Source of the DNA: Candidatus Magasanikbacteria bacterium CG10_big_fil_rev_8_21_14_0_10_47_10
GTDB taxonomy: Bacteria; Patescibacteriota; Patescibacteriia; Magasanikbacterales; UBA922
NCBI GenBank assembly: GCA_002773135.1
Contig: PFCB01000022.1
Coordinates: 7,591-71,590, forward strand
DNA: 64,000 nucleotides
Direction: 5' to 3'
Made by a program: the position numbers and the translations under genes. Positions 39,948 through 49,648 of this stretch are shown one piece after another. Below the pieces are notes generated by a model. It had not been told where the DNA came from. It worked only from the letters and a program-made list of their open reading frames with translations, and did no database searches. Positions within the stretch are counted from its first letter, which is position 1. Every line of letters starts with the position of its first letter.

Positions 39948-41500
39948 AGGACTTCTCCTCCAAAAGCAGCGGCAAGATGGGTGATCTCATTGATGCGCTC
40001 AACCTCCCGCTCCGACTTTTCAACAACAAAATCAAGCTCAATACCAGGGGTGCCCAAGGAGTCGGAAAAGCTTTCCTGTAGTTGTTTTTTACACCTTTTG
40101 TCAGCAAGGCGGTCTCTGTGAAATTCAGACAACACGGCGACGGTAATACTCGTATTATTCACCTGCTCCACTCGGCAACTTTTGAGGATATAGACAAGTG
40201 AGGGTGATTCCTTTTCAATGGCTAGAATTGCGGCATCAAATGCTTTGCGGACATCCGCCTCCGAGAAGGAAGAGATAGAATGCCCGGTATTTTTTTGATC
40301 GAGAATGGTTGGGTGTGGTGATGAGGCTTTTGCTCCAGTTGGTCGCGGCTCAACGGCCTCTATCGGCGGTTTGCGGTGAAGCATTTCTTCGCCCTGATTT
40401 TCTTTTTCATTGCGTGCTTCTTGGGAGTCACACCACTCTATGACTAACAATTCAAGCGGTAGCTGGGCGAGGGGAGCGGTGCCCACCTGTCCACGGCGGG
40501 AGCTTAACATATCCGCAAGGCGCACAAGTTCTATTGGAGAAACAGATCCTTGCGTAGACTCGATCCAATCAATAGTACGCGGGTCATGTTCCGACGATAT
40601 ATTTTTTTGGTAGGCGTATATCAAGAGCGTCCGCAGCATAGTAATAGCCTCATCACAAAAAATTGCGATATCTATACCCTCTGTGCTTACGCGCTGTATC
40701 AACGATAGGCATGCTGCCGCATTTTTTTGAAACAGAGACTGCAACAGGGCGGTTACCTCCTCGGACGTGGATGGCGGAAGAACCATTGAAACGCTTTCGT
40801 CGGTTACCGCGCCGCCGGCCGCGGCAATCAGTTGCTCAAGAAGACTCACTGCATCGCGAACACACCCCTCACTCTTGCCGGCAACTCGCTTTAATACGGA
40901 ATCATCAACCGCCACATTTTCCGCCTTGGCAATGCCCCGCAGCGTATCTATAATTGTGGCCTCACTGACACGACTAAATGCAAAGCGTTGGCAGCGAGAT
41001 TGTATGGTTTGAGGAAGCTTATGCAATTCTGTTGTGGCCAATATAAATAGTACATGACCCGGTGGCTCCTCCAATATTTTTAAAAGGGCGTTAAAAGCAC
41101 TGAGCGATAGCATGTGAACCTCGTCAATGATAAACACTTTGTATCTGGAGGTCGCCGGCTTAAATTTTGCGTTATCAATAATGTTTTCACGAACATTATC
41201 AACTCCCGTATGGCTTGCCGCGTCAATCTCAATCACATCAATCGACATGCCTGCGTTTATTTCATTGCAACTGACACAGTTGTTGCATGGGTTAGCCTCA
41301 GTATCATTTTTATTCACGCAGTTAACCGCCTTGGCAAGAACTCTGGCCGTGGTCGTTTTGCCAATACCTCTTGGTCCGGAAAAAAGATACGCGTGTGCCG
41401 GATGTCCACCGATGACTTGATTCTGTATCGTATGGATAATGTGATGTTGACCAATAATGCTATCAAAGGTTTGCGGCCGGTGTGTATGATAGAGTGCCAT
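39944..41500 (-). CDS. dnaX: DNA polymerase III subunit gamma/tau
   Basis: AAA+ clamp-loader motifs (GPRGIGKTTTARVLAKAVNC, a Zn-module CxxC, SRC). Start at ATG 41500 (MALYHTHRPQTFD...). Confidence 0.85.
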   Translation of the reverse strand: MALYHTHRPQTFDSIIGQHHIIHTIQNQVIGGHPAHAYLFSGPRGIGKTTTARVLAKAVNCVNKNDTEANPCNNCVSCNEINAGMSIDVIEIDAASHTGVDNVRENIIDNAKFKPATSRYKVFIIDEVHMLSLSAFNALLKILEEPPGHVLFILATTELHKLPQTIQSRCQRFAFSRVSEATIIDTLRGIAKAENVAVDDSVLKRVAGKSEGCVRDAVSLLEQLIAAAGGAVTDESVSMVLPPSTSEEVTALLQSLFQKNAAACLSLIQRVSTEGIDIAIFCDEAITMLRTLLIYAYQKNISSEHDPRTIDWIESTQGSVSPIELVRLADMLSSRRGQVGTAPLAQLPLELLVIEWCDSQEARNEKENQGEEMLHRKPPIEAVEPRPTGAKASSPHPTILDQKNTGHSISSFSEADVRKAFDAAILAIEKESPSLVYILKSCRVEQVNNTSITVAVLSEFHRDRLADKRCKKQLQESFSDSLGTPGIELDFVVEKSEREVERINEITHLAAAFGGEVL

Positions 41501-41675
41501 AGTGAGAAGAGAGGCCACTGATTGGCCCGACGAAGTAATGCTGAACAGATGCCTAGTATAGCGCACTGCTGTGCCCCAGTAAACCGTTAGTATGGAGTGG
41601 TATTGCCAACAGTACACATATATGCTATACTGTGGATAACTTATTCAAGGCGTATTTAGTCACTAACACATAGCT

Positions 41676-41933
41676 ATGCCAAGGAAACTGAACCCAGCAT
41701 TGGCCAAACCGCTGAAGTTGACTTCTGAGTTGGAAGCCGTCGTAGGCAATGGACCATTACCACGTTCTGAAGTCATCAAAAAGATTTGGGAGTATATTAA
41801 GAAAAATGACTTACAGAATCCGGAGAATAAACGAAACATCCTTGCAGATGATAAGCTCCTTCCGTTGTTTGATGGAAAGAAGGAAGTAAGTATGTTTGAA
41901 ATGACAAAACTCATTTCAAAGCACATGAGTTAA
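41676..41933 (+). CDS. SWIB/MDM2-domain protein
   Basis: 85 aa; a SWIB-like core (LKLTSELEAVVGNGPLPRSEVIKKIWEYIKKNDLQNPENKRNILADDKLLPLFDGKK). Confidence 0.8.
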   Translation: MPRKLNPALAKPLKLTSELEAVVGNGPLPRSEVIKKIWEYIKKNDLQNPENKRNILADDKLLPLFDGKKEVSMFEMTKLISKHMS

Positions 41934-41944
41934 TTGACGGATAG

Positions 41945-41975
41945 ATAAAAATCCCGCGACGCGGGATTTTTTATT
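41945..41975. terminator. bidirectional intrinsic terminator
   Basis: aaaaatcccgcg-ac-gcgggatttttt. Confidence 0.6.
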
Positions 41976-42624
41976 TCTTGATTAAATGTTCTATTGCCGC
42001 CCACTCACTCTCTCCGTCATCCGGGATAACGCAGGTCAGCGCATCGCCAATTTCACCCCGATGAAATGTGATGGCCGCCGTCAAAATCTTGTATTGCCTG
42101 CCATCCACAACGGCATTCCACTGTTTGTTCGGCGCGTCGTACAAAAGTGAACCGCCGACGTGTCGCCGCACAATCGGACCGATTTGTTTATATATCAGCC
42201 TTCCGTTTTCATCAATGGTCAGCTTTAACAGATCTCCTTCAACCAACTTTGACTTGCTGGCATAATTTGGCGACAGGGGATATTCATTGCCATCCTGGGC
42301 CACCATGCTGTATCCGCTGAAGACGCCCTCCAATGTGGTGCCCGCAGAAGATGGGACATGTCGCGGTACAGCGAAATCCGTCTCCAACAACGCAGTATTA
42401 TCTCCATCAAGCATATTTAAAATCGCTCCGAGCTGGGTTTGTACCAGGAGTATTGCGTCGCGCAGTGCAGGCACATTAATACCTGCTGCTGTCTGCGGTG
42501 GGGGAGATTCCGGCTCAGGCAAAACAACGGTCGGTTCTATCTCTGCCGCCACCTCACGCCCCGCTCCCTTGACAAAGAATGCCTTGGTGTCCAACTCACC
42601 GAGCAAATCTGATAAATGATTCAT
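41971..42624 (-). CDS. hypothetical protein (last gene of the coupling-ATPase operon)
   Basis: About 217 aa, soluble, with no recognisable motif. Its start (MNHLSDLL) directly follows the stop of the upstream ATPase gene. Confidence 0.45.
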   Translation of the reverse strand: MNHLSDLLGELDTKAFFVKGAGREVAAEIEPTVVLPEPESPPPQTAAGINVPALRDAILLVQTQLGAILNMLDGDNTALLETDFAVPRHVPSSAGTTLEGVFSGYSMVAQDGNEYPLSPNYASKSKLVEGDLLKLTIDENGRLIYKQIGPIVRRHVGGSLLYDAPNKQWNAVVDGRQYKILTAAITFHRGEIGDALTCVIPDDGESEWAAIEHLIKK

Positions 42625-42625
42625 A

Positions 42626-45196
42626 CTAGAGTGTCGGTTGTGCGGGATCGGTTTTTCCGGACATTTCCGGCTGATCCAGCTTTGTGCGCTCCATAATTTC
42701 CGATTCCACAATGCGTCTGTCACGACCATACTTCAGTCGAGATAGCTGCTTCATCGCGGCCGCCAACTGTGGATTTCCCTTTTGCGGTGGATACGCGTGC
42801 ATTAAAAAGGGTTTGCTGGCCTGATTATCGATCAGTTCTTTTACATAGAATGAGTACTGCGGTGTATTGAGCAGGTCATACGAACCAAACACGGGCGCAA
42901 ATTCCTTGGCCAATATCTCAGAATCATCAGGGCCTATTCTGCCAACCATCATTGTTCCCACGTTGCCCAAGACCGCGTCACGAATGTCCGATCTTCCTTT
43001 GTCATCGGTAAGCTGCCCCATATATTGGTGCGCAACAATCAGATCCAGTCTATATTTTCGTGCCTCTGACAAAATAGTTGATATCGAATCGGTTACAAAG
43101 TTTTGGAACTCATCGATATACAGATAAAAATCTTTTCGCAATTCCTCTGCCATATCCGCGCGACCCATGGCCGCCATTTGCAGTTTGGCCACGACAATGA
43201 GGCCCAGGAGCTTTGCATTTATCTCGCCCGTTTTCCCTTTTGAAAGGTTCACCAGCAGTATCTTTTGATTATCCATTACATCGCGGAAGTCAAACCCCGA
43301 ATGCTGCTGCCCCATGATGTTGCGCATCATTTCATTCCCCACAAAACGTCCAACCTTGGAGACCAAATAGCCCAACATTTCTGACTTGTGAAAGTCGCTT
43401 GTTTTTGCCATTTCCTTTTCCCAAAAGGCACGAACAACCGGGTCTTTCAAATGCACCAGATATTGTTTGACATAATCATCATCCGTAAACATGCGAGGAA
43501 TATCAATGACCGTGCCGGGGTTACTGATATCGGCCATCAATGTGAGCATTACGTTCCGCATTTGGTGCTCAAACATTGGTCCAATCATCTCGGGTGGAAA
43601 CAGCTTATAAAAAATTGAAATCATTTCTTGAACTGCAAAATCGCGCTGCTCCTCGGTTTTCGGTTCAAGCATGTTCAGACCGACCGGCCGTTCAAGATCC
43701 GATGGCTCAAATATGATGACGTCGTCCGCGCGATGTTTGGGAATGTGCTCCAGGACGGCTTCAACCAAGTCACCATGCGGGTCAACCACGCAGACGCCGT
43801 GGCCGGTCAGTATATCTTGTATAGCCAAATTCGCGACCGTAACAGATTTACCACTGCCGGATTTTCCTATGATATACAGGTGACGCTGGCGGTCGTGAGT
43901 CTGCAATCGGACATCAACGCGACTTCCCCGGTACTCAACATACCCCAGCTGCAGTCCTTCTTTTGGTAGATTGACCGGTGGGGGAGCGCTGCGGCCCTTC
44001 AACCACGCGATATTCGGTGCCTCTGTTGAGTGCAAGGGCAAATGCCATAACGATGACATCTCCTCCGTGTTGACCAACACCTGTCGGCGCTCATTGAATG
44101 ACCTGTAAATAAAATCCTGAATGAGCGGGGTCTGCGTACGAGGAATCACGGCCTTAAAACTGTTGCCAAATCGATACAGATTATACTGACTGAAAGAATT
44201 TATGACATTATCCAAATTCATGCGGGCGCGATCCGCGTTGTCTGACACGCTCAAGACGCGTATGGTCGCGTCCATGCCTCCCTTGGAAATTTTTTCTTCA
44301 ATTCCTTTCAGCATCTGCTCCTCCATTTCAGACAGGCGGTACTGCTCTGGCGTTGATTGGCTTTGATTACCCGTTTGCAGCGCCTCGGCGGTTGCTTTAC
44401 CCGTTGAACGCAGCGCTCGGGATAAAAGGGATTTGCCTGCGACCTCTTCAAATTTTTTTCCTTTTTTAACTTCTCTGACGATACGAATTCCGGCCGCGCG
44501 CCATTTTTTGTGCGCGCTACGAACAACAAATTGTATTGCCGCCGTGCTGTTTTCATCATGAATTTTTGACAGCGTGATGAGAACGGCCGAGAGCGGATCC
44601 GAATCCATTGATTTATATGTGCGCAGTGGGAAAACAGACTGGTTGGTCGCGACCAAGTATCCACCAACAATAGTGCTGTGCTCAAAAAATATATTGTAGT
44701 CCATTATTTCCTCAACCTGCGCGTCCGGATACTGGGCATGTACCTGTTGTTCAATGAATTGCTTCATCTGACGTGGAAGGTCAACATAAAAATGAATCTG
44801 ACCACCATGAACAACAATTTCAAATGAAAAAGAATCGTTTCTGCCGGTGAGCCAGTACTTGAGCCCCTTTTGCGCTTTAAGCCCGGCAATCGTGGAAAAC
44901 AATGTTTCAGTCAGACCAATCTCCTCGCGTATTTGCTCGAGGCGATCTTCGCCACCCACCTGACCGCCCTGCCCTTCTGATTTTCTTTCCTTCGGAACCA
45001 ATATATGGAGTACGACACGACGAAATGCCTTGTTTGAACGGTTCTGGCCTTGATATACCGTGCGGATAATAAAAAGAATACCCGCCCCCACACCCAAAAT
45101 AATGATGCCTAAAAAAAGAGGAAAAAAAATGTCAAGAGAAATGTTTGTTTGCGGCCCGAAGTTTTGCGGTTCAGATCCAAGAAAAAATTGCAACAT
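42626..45196 (-). CDS. VirD4/TraG/TraD-like type IV secretion coupling protein (membrane-anchored P-loop ATPase)
   Basis: Two N-terminal TM helices; Walker A YIIGKSGSGKS; Walker B LYIDEFQNF; a C-terminal RK...Q...QL motif (ARKYRLDLIVAHQYMGQL), as in T4CP/VirB4-type ATPases. Confidence 0.65.
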   Translation of the reverse strand: MLQFFLGSEPQNFGPQTNISLDIFFPLFLGIIILGVGAGILFIIRTVYQGQNRSNKAFRRVVLHILVPKERKSEGQGGQVGGEDRLEQIREEIGLTETLFSTIAGLKAQKGLKYWLTGRNDSFSFEIVVHGGQIHFYVDLPRQMKQFIEQQVHAQYPDAQVEEIMDYNIFFEHSTIVGGYLVATNQSVFPLRTYKSMDSDPLSAVLITLSKIHDENSTAAIQFVVRSAHKKWRAAGIRIVREVKKGKKFEEVAGKSLLSRALRSTGKATAEALQTGNQSQSTPEQYRLSEMEEQMLKGIEEKISKGGMDATIRVLSVSDNADRARMNLDNVINSFSQYNLYRFGNSFKAVIPRTQTPLIQDFIYRSFNERRQVLVNTEEMSSLWHLPLHSTEAPNIAWLKGRSAPPPVNLPKEGLQLGYVEYRGSRVDVRLQTHDRQRHLYIIGKSGSGKSVTVANLAIQDILTGHGVCVVDPHGDLVEAVLEHIPKHRADDVIIFEPSDLERPVGLNMLEPKTEEQRDFAVQEMISIFYKLFPPEMIGPMFEHQMRNVMLTLMADISNPGTVIDIPRMFTDDDYVKQYLVHLKDPVVRAFWEKEMAKTSDFHKSEMLGYLVSKVGRFVGNEMMRNIMGQQHSGFDFRDVMDNQKILLVNLSKGKTGEINAKLLGLIVVAKLQMAAMGRADMAEELRKDFYLYIDEFQNFVTDSISTILSEARKYRLDLIVAHQYMGQLTDDKGRSDIRDAVLGNVGTMMVGRIGPDDSEILAKEFAPVFGSYDLLNTPQYSFYVKELIDNQASKPFLMHAYPPQKGNPQLAAAMKQLSRLKYGRDRRIVESEIMERTKLDQPEMSGKTDPAQPTL

Positions 45197-45198
45197 AA

Positions 45199-45714
45199 TC
45201 ACCCTGTATATTTTTCGTACTCACCCAGCGATACGATTTTATCTGTTTTTATCTTGGCTTCCTGCATCAGGTAAAACCGATTGATTCCGGGCAATTTTTT
45301 TAGCCATCCGACAATGATCTCAAATATTTTTTTTATTTTCACATGTCCGCCTCGAAGCGCCTTCCGTATCTCCATGGCCGCGCGCTCCCCGGCAAGCTTA
45401 AACTCTTGCCGTTCAACCACTGAAAGCTCTGAAAATGCGTCTTGTAAGCCTTCTTCCATAATTTGCTCAACCCGAAGGGTCAACTCGTCTCGGACTTGCG
45501 GTATGGCATTCGGCCTTTGATTCTTCGGCTTGCGCAATCGAGAGCGCAGCGTATCGATATGGCCATCAATGGTTTCCGCCTGGGCGGGGATGGTCTCCCG
45601 GGACGGCTCCAAGAATACCTCTGCAGATTCTTGCCGCGGCAATTGCTCAACAGAAGGTGTCTCCGGAATAAAACGTGAGTGCTCCACGAGCGGAGCGCCC
45701 GGTTGATCAGCCAT
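45199..45714 (-). CDS. hypothetical protein (first gene of the coupling-ATPase operon)
   Basis: About 171 aa, acidic and hydrophilic. Its TGA stop lies 2 nt before the ATPase ATG. Confidence 0.45.
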   Translation of the reverse strand: MADQPGAPLVEHSRFIPETPSVEQLPRQESAEVFLEPSRETIPAQAETIDGHIDTLRSRLRKPKNQRPNAIPQVRDELTLRVEQIMEEGLQDAFSELSVVERQEFKLAGERAAMEIRKALRGGHVKIKKIFEIIVGWLKKLPGINRFYLMQEAKIKTDKIVSLGEYEKYTG

Positions 45715-45827
45715 AGCAAACAAAATAAAGGTGATGGGAGTATACCAAAAAAAAACAGTTTTGAGAATTGTCGCCCGCGGGTGGACGACAGCGTGCCAGT
45801 ATGGTATTGTAGCCTACAAATCACACT

Positions 45828-47348
45828 ATGAAGAAACCGTACTATATTACGCTTACGATCCCATATGTGAATGCTGTTCCGCATATTGGGTACGCGCTTG
45901 AGGCGATTCAGGGCGACACAATGGCGCGCTATCAACGCCTGCTTGGAAAAAATGTCCATTTTGTTTATGGAACCGATGAAAATTCTTTGAAAAATGTGCA
46001 GGCGGCATTGCGCGCCGGAGAGGACGTCAAGTCATTTGTCGATAGACATGCCGCAGCGTTTGAGCGATTACACGATATATTAAATCTTTCCAATGATTCT
46101 TTTATTCGCACCACTGAAGCGAGGCATATCGCAGGCGCGCAAAAGCTCTGGCAGATGTGTAATCCTGATGACATTTACAAAAAAACGTACAAGGGTCTTT
46201 ACTGTATTGGCTGCGAATCTTTTTATGCGAAAGACGACCTGATCCAAGGACTGTGTCCCGAGCACAATACAGCGCCGGAGGACATAGAGGAGGAGAACTA
46301 TTTTTTTAAACTCTCAAAATATCAGCCACAGCTTGAGCAAATTTTCTTGACGGACACGGTCCGTGTCGTTCCCGAGGGGAGAAAAAATGAAATGATGTCG
46401 TTTATCAAGCGGGGGCTTGAAGATTTCAGCATCTCACGTTCAGTCGAACGTGCTCATGGATGGGGGGTTCCCGTCCCCGGCGATGGGTCGCAAATTATGT
46501 ATGTGTGGTTTGATGCTCTAACTAATTATTTGAGCGTTTTGGACTTTGATACGGACGGAAAGAACTACAGTACGTATTGGCTGCAGCCAAATCAGACACC
46601 CCGTGAAGTTGTGCATGTTTTGGGCAAGGGAGTTTCACGGTTCCATCTTATTTACTGGCTTGGCATGCTGCTTTCTGCAAATATCCCGCTGCCGACAGAG
46701 GAATTTGTTCATGGGTACATCACAGTCAACGGCCAAAAAATGAGTAAGTCCCTTGGAAACGTCCTTGACCCCTCAGCGATTGTTGATCTCTACGGACAAG
46801 AGCCTTTTCGCTACTATATGCTCGCCGGTGTATCTGCCTACCAAGACGGTGATTTCTCTGATGAACGCTTTAAAGAAATATATGCGTCGGATTTGGCGAA
46901 CGGTATTGGTAACTTGACGTCACGCGTTATGACCATGCTTATTAAATATAACAAGGGCGTGGTTCCAAAAGCAGCGTCCAATATTTTTGATATAGAAGGA
47001 TTCTGGAAGCAGTATCGAAAGCAAATGGAGGACTTTGCATTTCACGACGTTATTCATAATATACAAACGTTGGTCACCGCGTGTGACGCAACTATCTCCG
47101 CAGATCGGCCTTGGGAGAAAGCGGAGCAGGGGCTGCATGTGGGTGACACGCTTTATCGCGTTGCCGAGGGATTGCGCCACATCGCGCTCGCGTTGCTGCC
47201 TATCATGCCACATGCATCCGGCGCAATTTTTTCTGTTTTGGGTCTTTCGCCAAAGAATATCAAAACGTTAGACCGCGAGTGTGTATGGGGTCTTCTTTTG
47301 GAAGGAACACCCGTAAAAAAACCTGAGCCTCTTTTTCCAAGACTTTGA
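45828..47348 (+). CDS. metG: methionine--tRNA ligase
   Basis: HIGY-type motif (PYVNAVPHIGYA) and KMSKS. Confidence 0.93.
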   Translation: MKKPYYITLTIPYVNAVPHIGYALEAIQGDTMARYQRLLGKNVHFVYGTDENSLKNVQAALRAGEDVKSFVDRHAAAFERLHDILNLSNDSFIRTTEARHIAGAQKLWQMCNPDDIYKKTYKGLYCIGCESFYAKDDLIQGLCPEHNTAPEDIEEENYFFKLSKYQPQLEQIFLTDTVRVVPEGRKNEMMSFIKRGLEDFSISRSVERAHGWGVPVPGDGSQIMYVWFDALTNYLSVLDFDTDGKNYSTYWLQPNQTPREVVHVLGKGVSRFHLIYWLGMLLSANIPLPTEEFVHGYITVNGQKMSKSLGNVLDPSAIVDLYGQEPFRYYMLAGVSAYQDGDFSDERFKEIYASDLANGIGNLTSRVMTMLIKYNKGVVPKAASNIFDIEGFWKQYRKQMEDFAFHDVIHNIQTLVTACDATISADRPWEKAEQGLHVGDTLYRVAEGLRHIALALLPIMPHASGAIFSVLGLSPKNIKTLDRECVWGLLLEGTPVKKPEPLFPRL

Positions 47349-47351
47349 TAT

Positions 47352-48224
47352 ATGCTTTTTGACACGCACTGCCATATTCAATTCAACGCATATAAGGACG
47401 ATAGGGATAGCGTCATCGCGCGATGCACGGAAAAAGGAGTTATCATGAACGTGGTCGGGACGCAAATACCCTCCAGTATCAGTGCTGTCGATTTGGCAAA
47501 TACGCATGATGGCATATACGCAAGTGTCGGCATCCACCCTATTCAGCATGATGTTGTTGATGTAGAGGAGGAGGCGGATTCGTTTCAAACGCGAGGTGAG
47601 CAATGGGATGATGAATTGTTTTATACGCTCGCGCGCGAGCCAAAAGTTATCGGCATTGGGGAGACAGGATTAGATCGATTTCATATACGAACGGATCTTT
47701 CGATTGAAGAGATATTTAATAAGCAGAAAGATCTCTTTTTAAAGCATTATGACCTTGCACGGTCTGTGGATAAACCATTGATCATACATGTCCGGGAGGC
47801 GCATGATGAAATGATTGATCTGCTCGTAGCCCTTGAGAGAAAGCAGAAAGATGAGGGAACCACCGGCGGAAAATTACGGGGTACGATTCATTGTTTTACC
47901 GGCACATGGAGTCATGCGCAAAAATATATAGAGCTTGGGCTTCACCTTGGCTTTACCGGCGTGATTACATTTCCGACTAAAGCCTCTGACCCAAATACCA
48001 TGAATGTTCTGGAAGAAACCATATTCAATATGCCGCTCGACAGGGTGTTGGTCGAGACAGATTCGCCATACCTCACTGCGCAGATTCTTCGGGGGACTCG
48101 AAACGAACCATGGTTGGTAGAGGAATGTGTCAAAAAAATTGCAGCTATTAGGGGGCTTACGTATGATGAAGTTGCGGAAGTGACAACATATAACGCAAAG
48201 CGGCTCTTTGGATTAGCGATCTAG
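47352..48224 (+). CDS. tatD: TatD family metal-dependent hydrolase/DNase
   Basis: N-terminal DTHCH motif and a TIM-barrel hydrolase layout. Confidence 0.88.
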   Translation: MLFDTHCHIQFNAYKDDRDSVIARCTEKGVIMNVVGTQIPSSISAVDLANTHDGIYASVGIHPIQHDVVDVEEEADSFQTRGEQWDDELFYTLAREPKVIGIGETGLDRFHIRTDLSIEEIFNKQKDLFLKHYDLARSVDKPLIIHVREAHDEMIDLLVALERKQKDEGTTGGKLRGTIHCFTGTWSHAQKYIELGLHLGFTGVITFPTKASDPNTMNVLEETIFNMPLDRVLVETDSPYLTAQILRGTRNEPWLVEECVKKIAAIRGLTYDEVAEVTTYNAKRLFGLAI

Positions 48225-48261
48225 CTGACTCTTGTTGGTCTGATGAGGTACCAAAATAAAA

Positions 48262-48285
48262 AAACACACAGATGTGTGAATTGCC
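48262..48285 (-). terminator. terminator downstream of the GC-rich wHTH gene (minus strand)
   Basis: Minus-strand cacaca-tc-tgtgtg followed by a T7 run. Confidence 0.4.
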
Positions 48286-48296
48286 CGCCGAAGCTG

Positions 48297-48620
48297 TTAC
48301 GCTCCGGCGGACGAGGGGTGGGGGATTGGCGGGATGGTGGACACTTGGGATGCCAAATGGTCCGGTGGCTCAGGGAGCATGCTGTTCAGGCATTGCCTCA
48401 CCTCGCGACGGATGGCAACCCATCCGTTGATCACCACGATCAGCCGGGCTCTCTGTAAGCAGTCGATCACATAGATCAACCGCTTCTTCCCCAGATGTTT
48501 TGGGGCATCCGCCATCATACTGTCGAATGCCTGGTTGCCCTCCTTGTGCAGGCTGTAGAGAACCTGCAGGTGAACTCTGTGAAGAAGCGCCGCCCGCGTC
48601 CAAAATTCCTGCTCCGTCAT
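48297..48620 (-). CDS. GC-rich small putative winged-helix DNA-binding protein
   Basis: About 107 aa from MTEQEFW. An HTH-like core (LHRVHLQVLYSLHKEGNQAFDSMMADAPKHLGKKRLIYVIDCLQRARLIVVINGW). High GC and GC3. Lies antisense to the flanking + genes. Confidence 0.45.
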   Translation of the reverse strand: MTEQEFWTRAALLHRVHLQVLYSLHKEGNQAFDSMMADAPKHLGKKRLIYVIDCLQRARLIVVINGWVAIRREVRQCLNSMLPEPPDHLASQVSTIPPIPHPSSAGA

Positions 48621-48689
48621 TGATACCTCCTGTTGTCGAATAAAAACTATATACCGATTTAGACGATTTGTCAATTATACGAGATCCCT

Positions 48690-49217
48690 ATGAAAAAAAT
48701 GTATTTGCTCGGTCTTATTCTACTCATGGGGCAGGGATGCATCAGGCTCGGTCAAACTTCAGAGCCTATTTTGCCGCCTTTAGACGGAAATCCACAGCAG
48801 GAAACACCGAACGATCAACAAAATCGCGATGTGATCCATATGCCTGCGGTTGATAAAAAAGATGATGTCAACGTACAGGTTGACATTGAAAATGCTAACC
48901 AGATACAGGCTGCTGATGATATTCCGGTCGTTCCTGCCACTCGCCCTGCGGTTGTACAACCTACACCAGCTCCCAAACCTGCTCTCCCCGCACAGGTATG
49001 TACAGACAATGACCAAGACGGGTTCTTTGCTGAGGGCGGCAACTGCGGACCAAAGGATTGTGATGATATTTATTCAAACTCGTATCCGGGTACATTTGAA
49101 ATTTGTCTTGATGGCTCTGATAACGATTGCGATGGCAAGGTGGACGAAGAGGATGATTGCAAAATGAGGAAAATTTGCATTGGCGAGGGATGTCAACGTA
49201 CCATTTATTTTGAGTAA
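48690..49217 (+). CDS. Cys-rich secreted lipoprotein with CxDxDxDG-type putative metal-binding motifs
   Basis: Lipobox (LLMGQGC); a Pro/Gln-rich linker; a C-terminal module VCTDNDQDGFFAEGGNCGPKDCDD...CLDGSDNDCDGKVDEEDDC. Confidence 0.55.
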   Translation: MKKMYLLGLILLMGQGCIRLGQTSEPILPPLDGNPQQETPNDQQNRDVIHMPAVDKKDDVNVQVDIENANQIQAADDIPVVPATRPAVVQPTPAPKPALPAQVCTDNDQDGFFAEGGNCGPKDCDDIYSNSYPGTFEICLDGSDNDCDGKVDEEDDCKMRKICIGEGCQRTIYFE

Positions 49218-49270
49218 CACCGGACGCCCTGCGTCGTATGTCCTATTAAAAAAACCATTGACTTATTCGT

Positions 49271-49645
49271 ATGCATTCTCTATACTATGCCCGTTTTAGA
49301 TTGACCGATATGATCAAAGATGATTTGGAGCATATACGCAAAAAAAAAGAGCAACTTGGACATACGTCCTTCATCATGGCGCTCCAATTAATTTTTGTTT
49401 TTGGCCTTCCCGCGGTGGCGGCACTGTTGCTGGGAAAGTGGCTCAATGATTCGACCAGCATTGCCCCGTATGGTACCCTCCTGACCGGTGGACTTGCGTT
49501 TGCTCTCTCTTGGGCAATTGTGATACGGATGTACCAAAGACTGACGAGGTCTTTCAAAGAATTGCAGGAGCAAGAACAAGATATTTTATCATCTCCAGAA
49601 GAGCTGGCGCTCGACAAAGAGCACAGTGAAGATCATCGCCCGTAA
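49271..49645 (+). CDS. AtpI/AtpZ-like small membrane protein preceding ATP synthase genes
   Basis: 124 aa with two TM segments, at the head of the atp operon. Confidence 0.5.
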   Translation: MHSLYYARFRLTDMIKDDLEHIRKKKEQLGHTSFIMALQLIFVFGLPAVAALLLGKWLNDSTSIAPYGTLLTGGLAFALSWAIVIRMYQRLTRSFKELQEQEQDILSSPEELALDKEHSEDHRP

Positions 49646-49648
49646 TAT

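Noticed and set aside
41971-45714. Calling the ATPase operon a complete conjugative T4SS or competence pilus locus
   Set aside because: Only the coupling-type ATPase is present. No VirB/Trb, relaxase, pilin or secretin homologs occur in the window, so a full-system call is unsupported.
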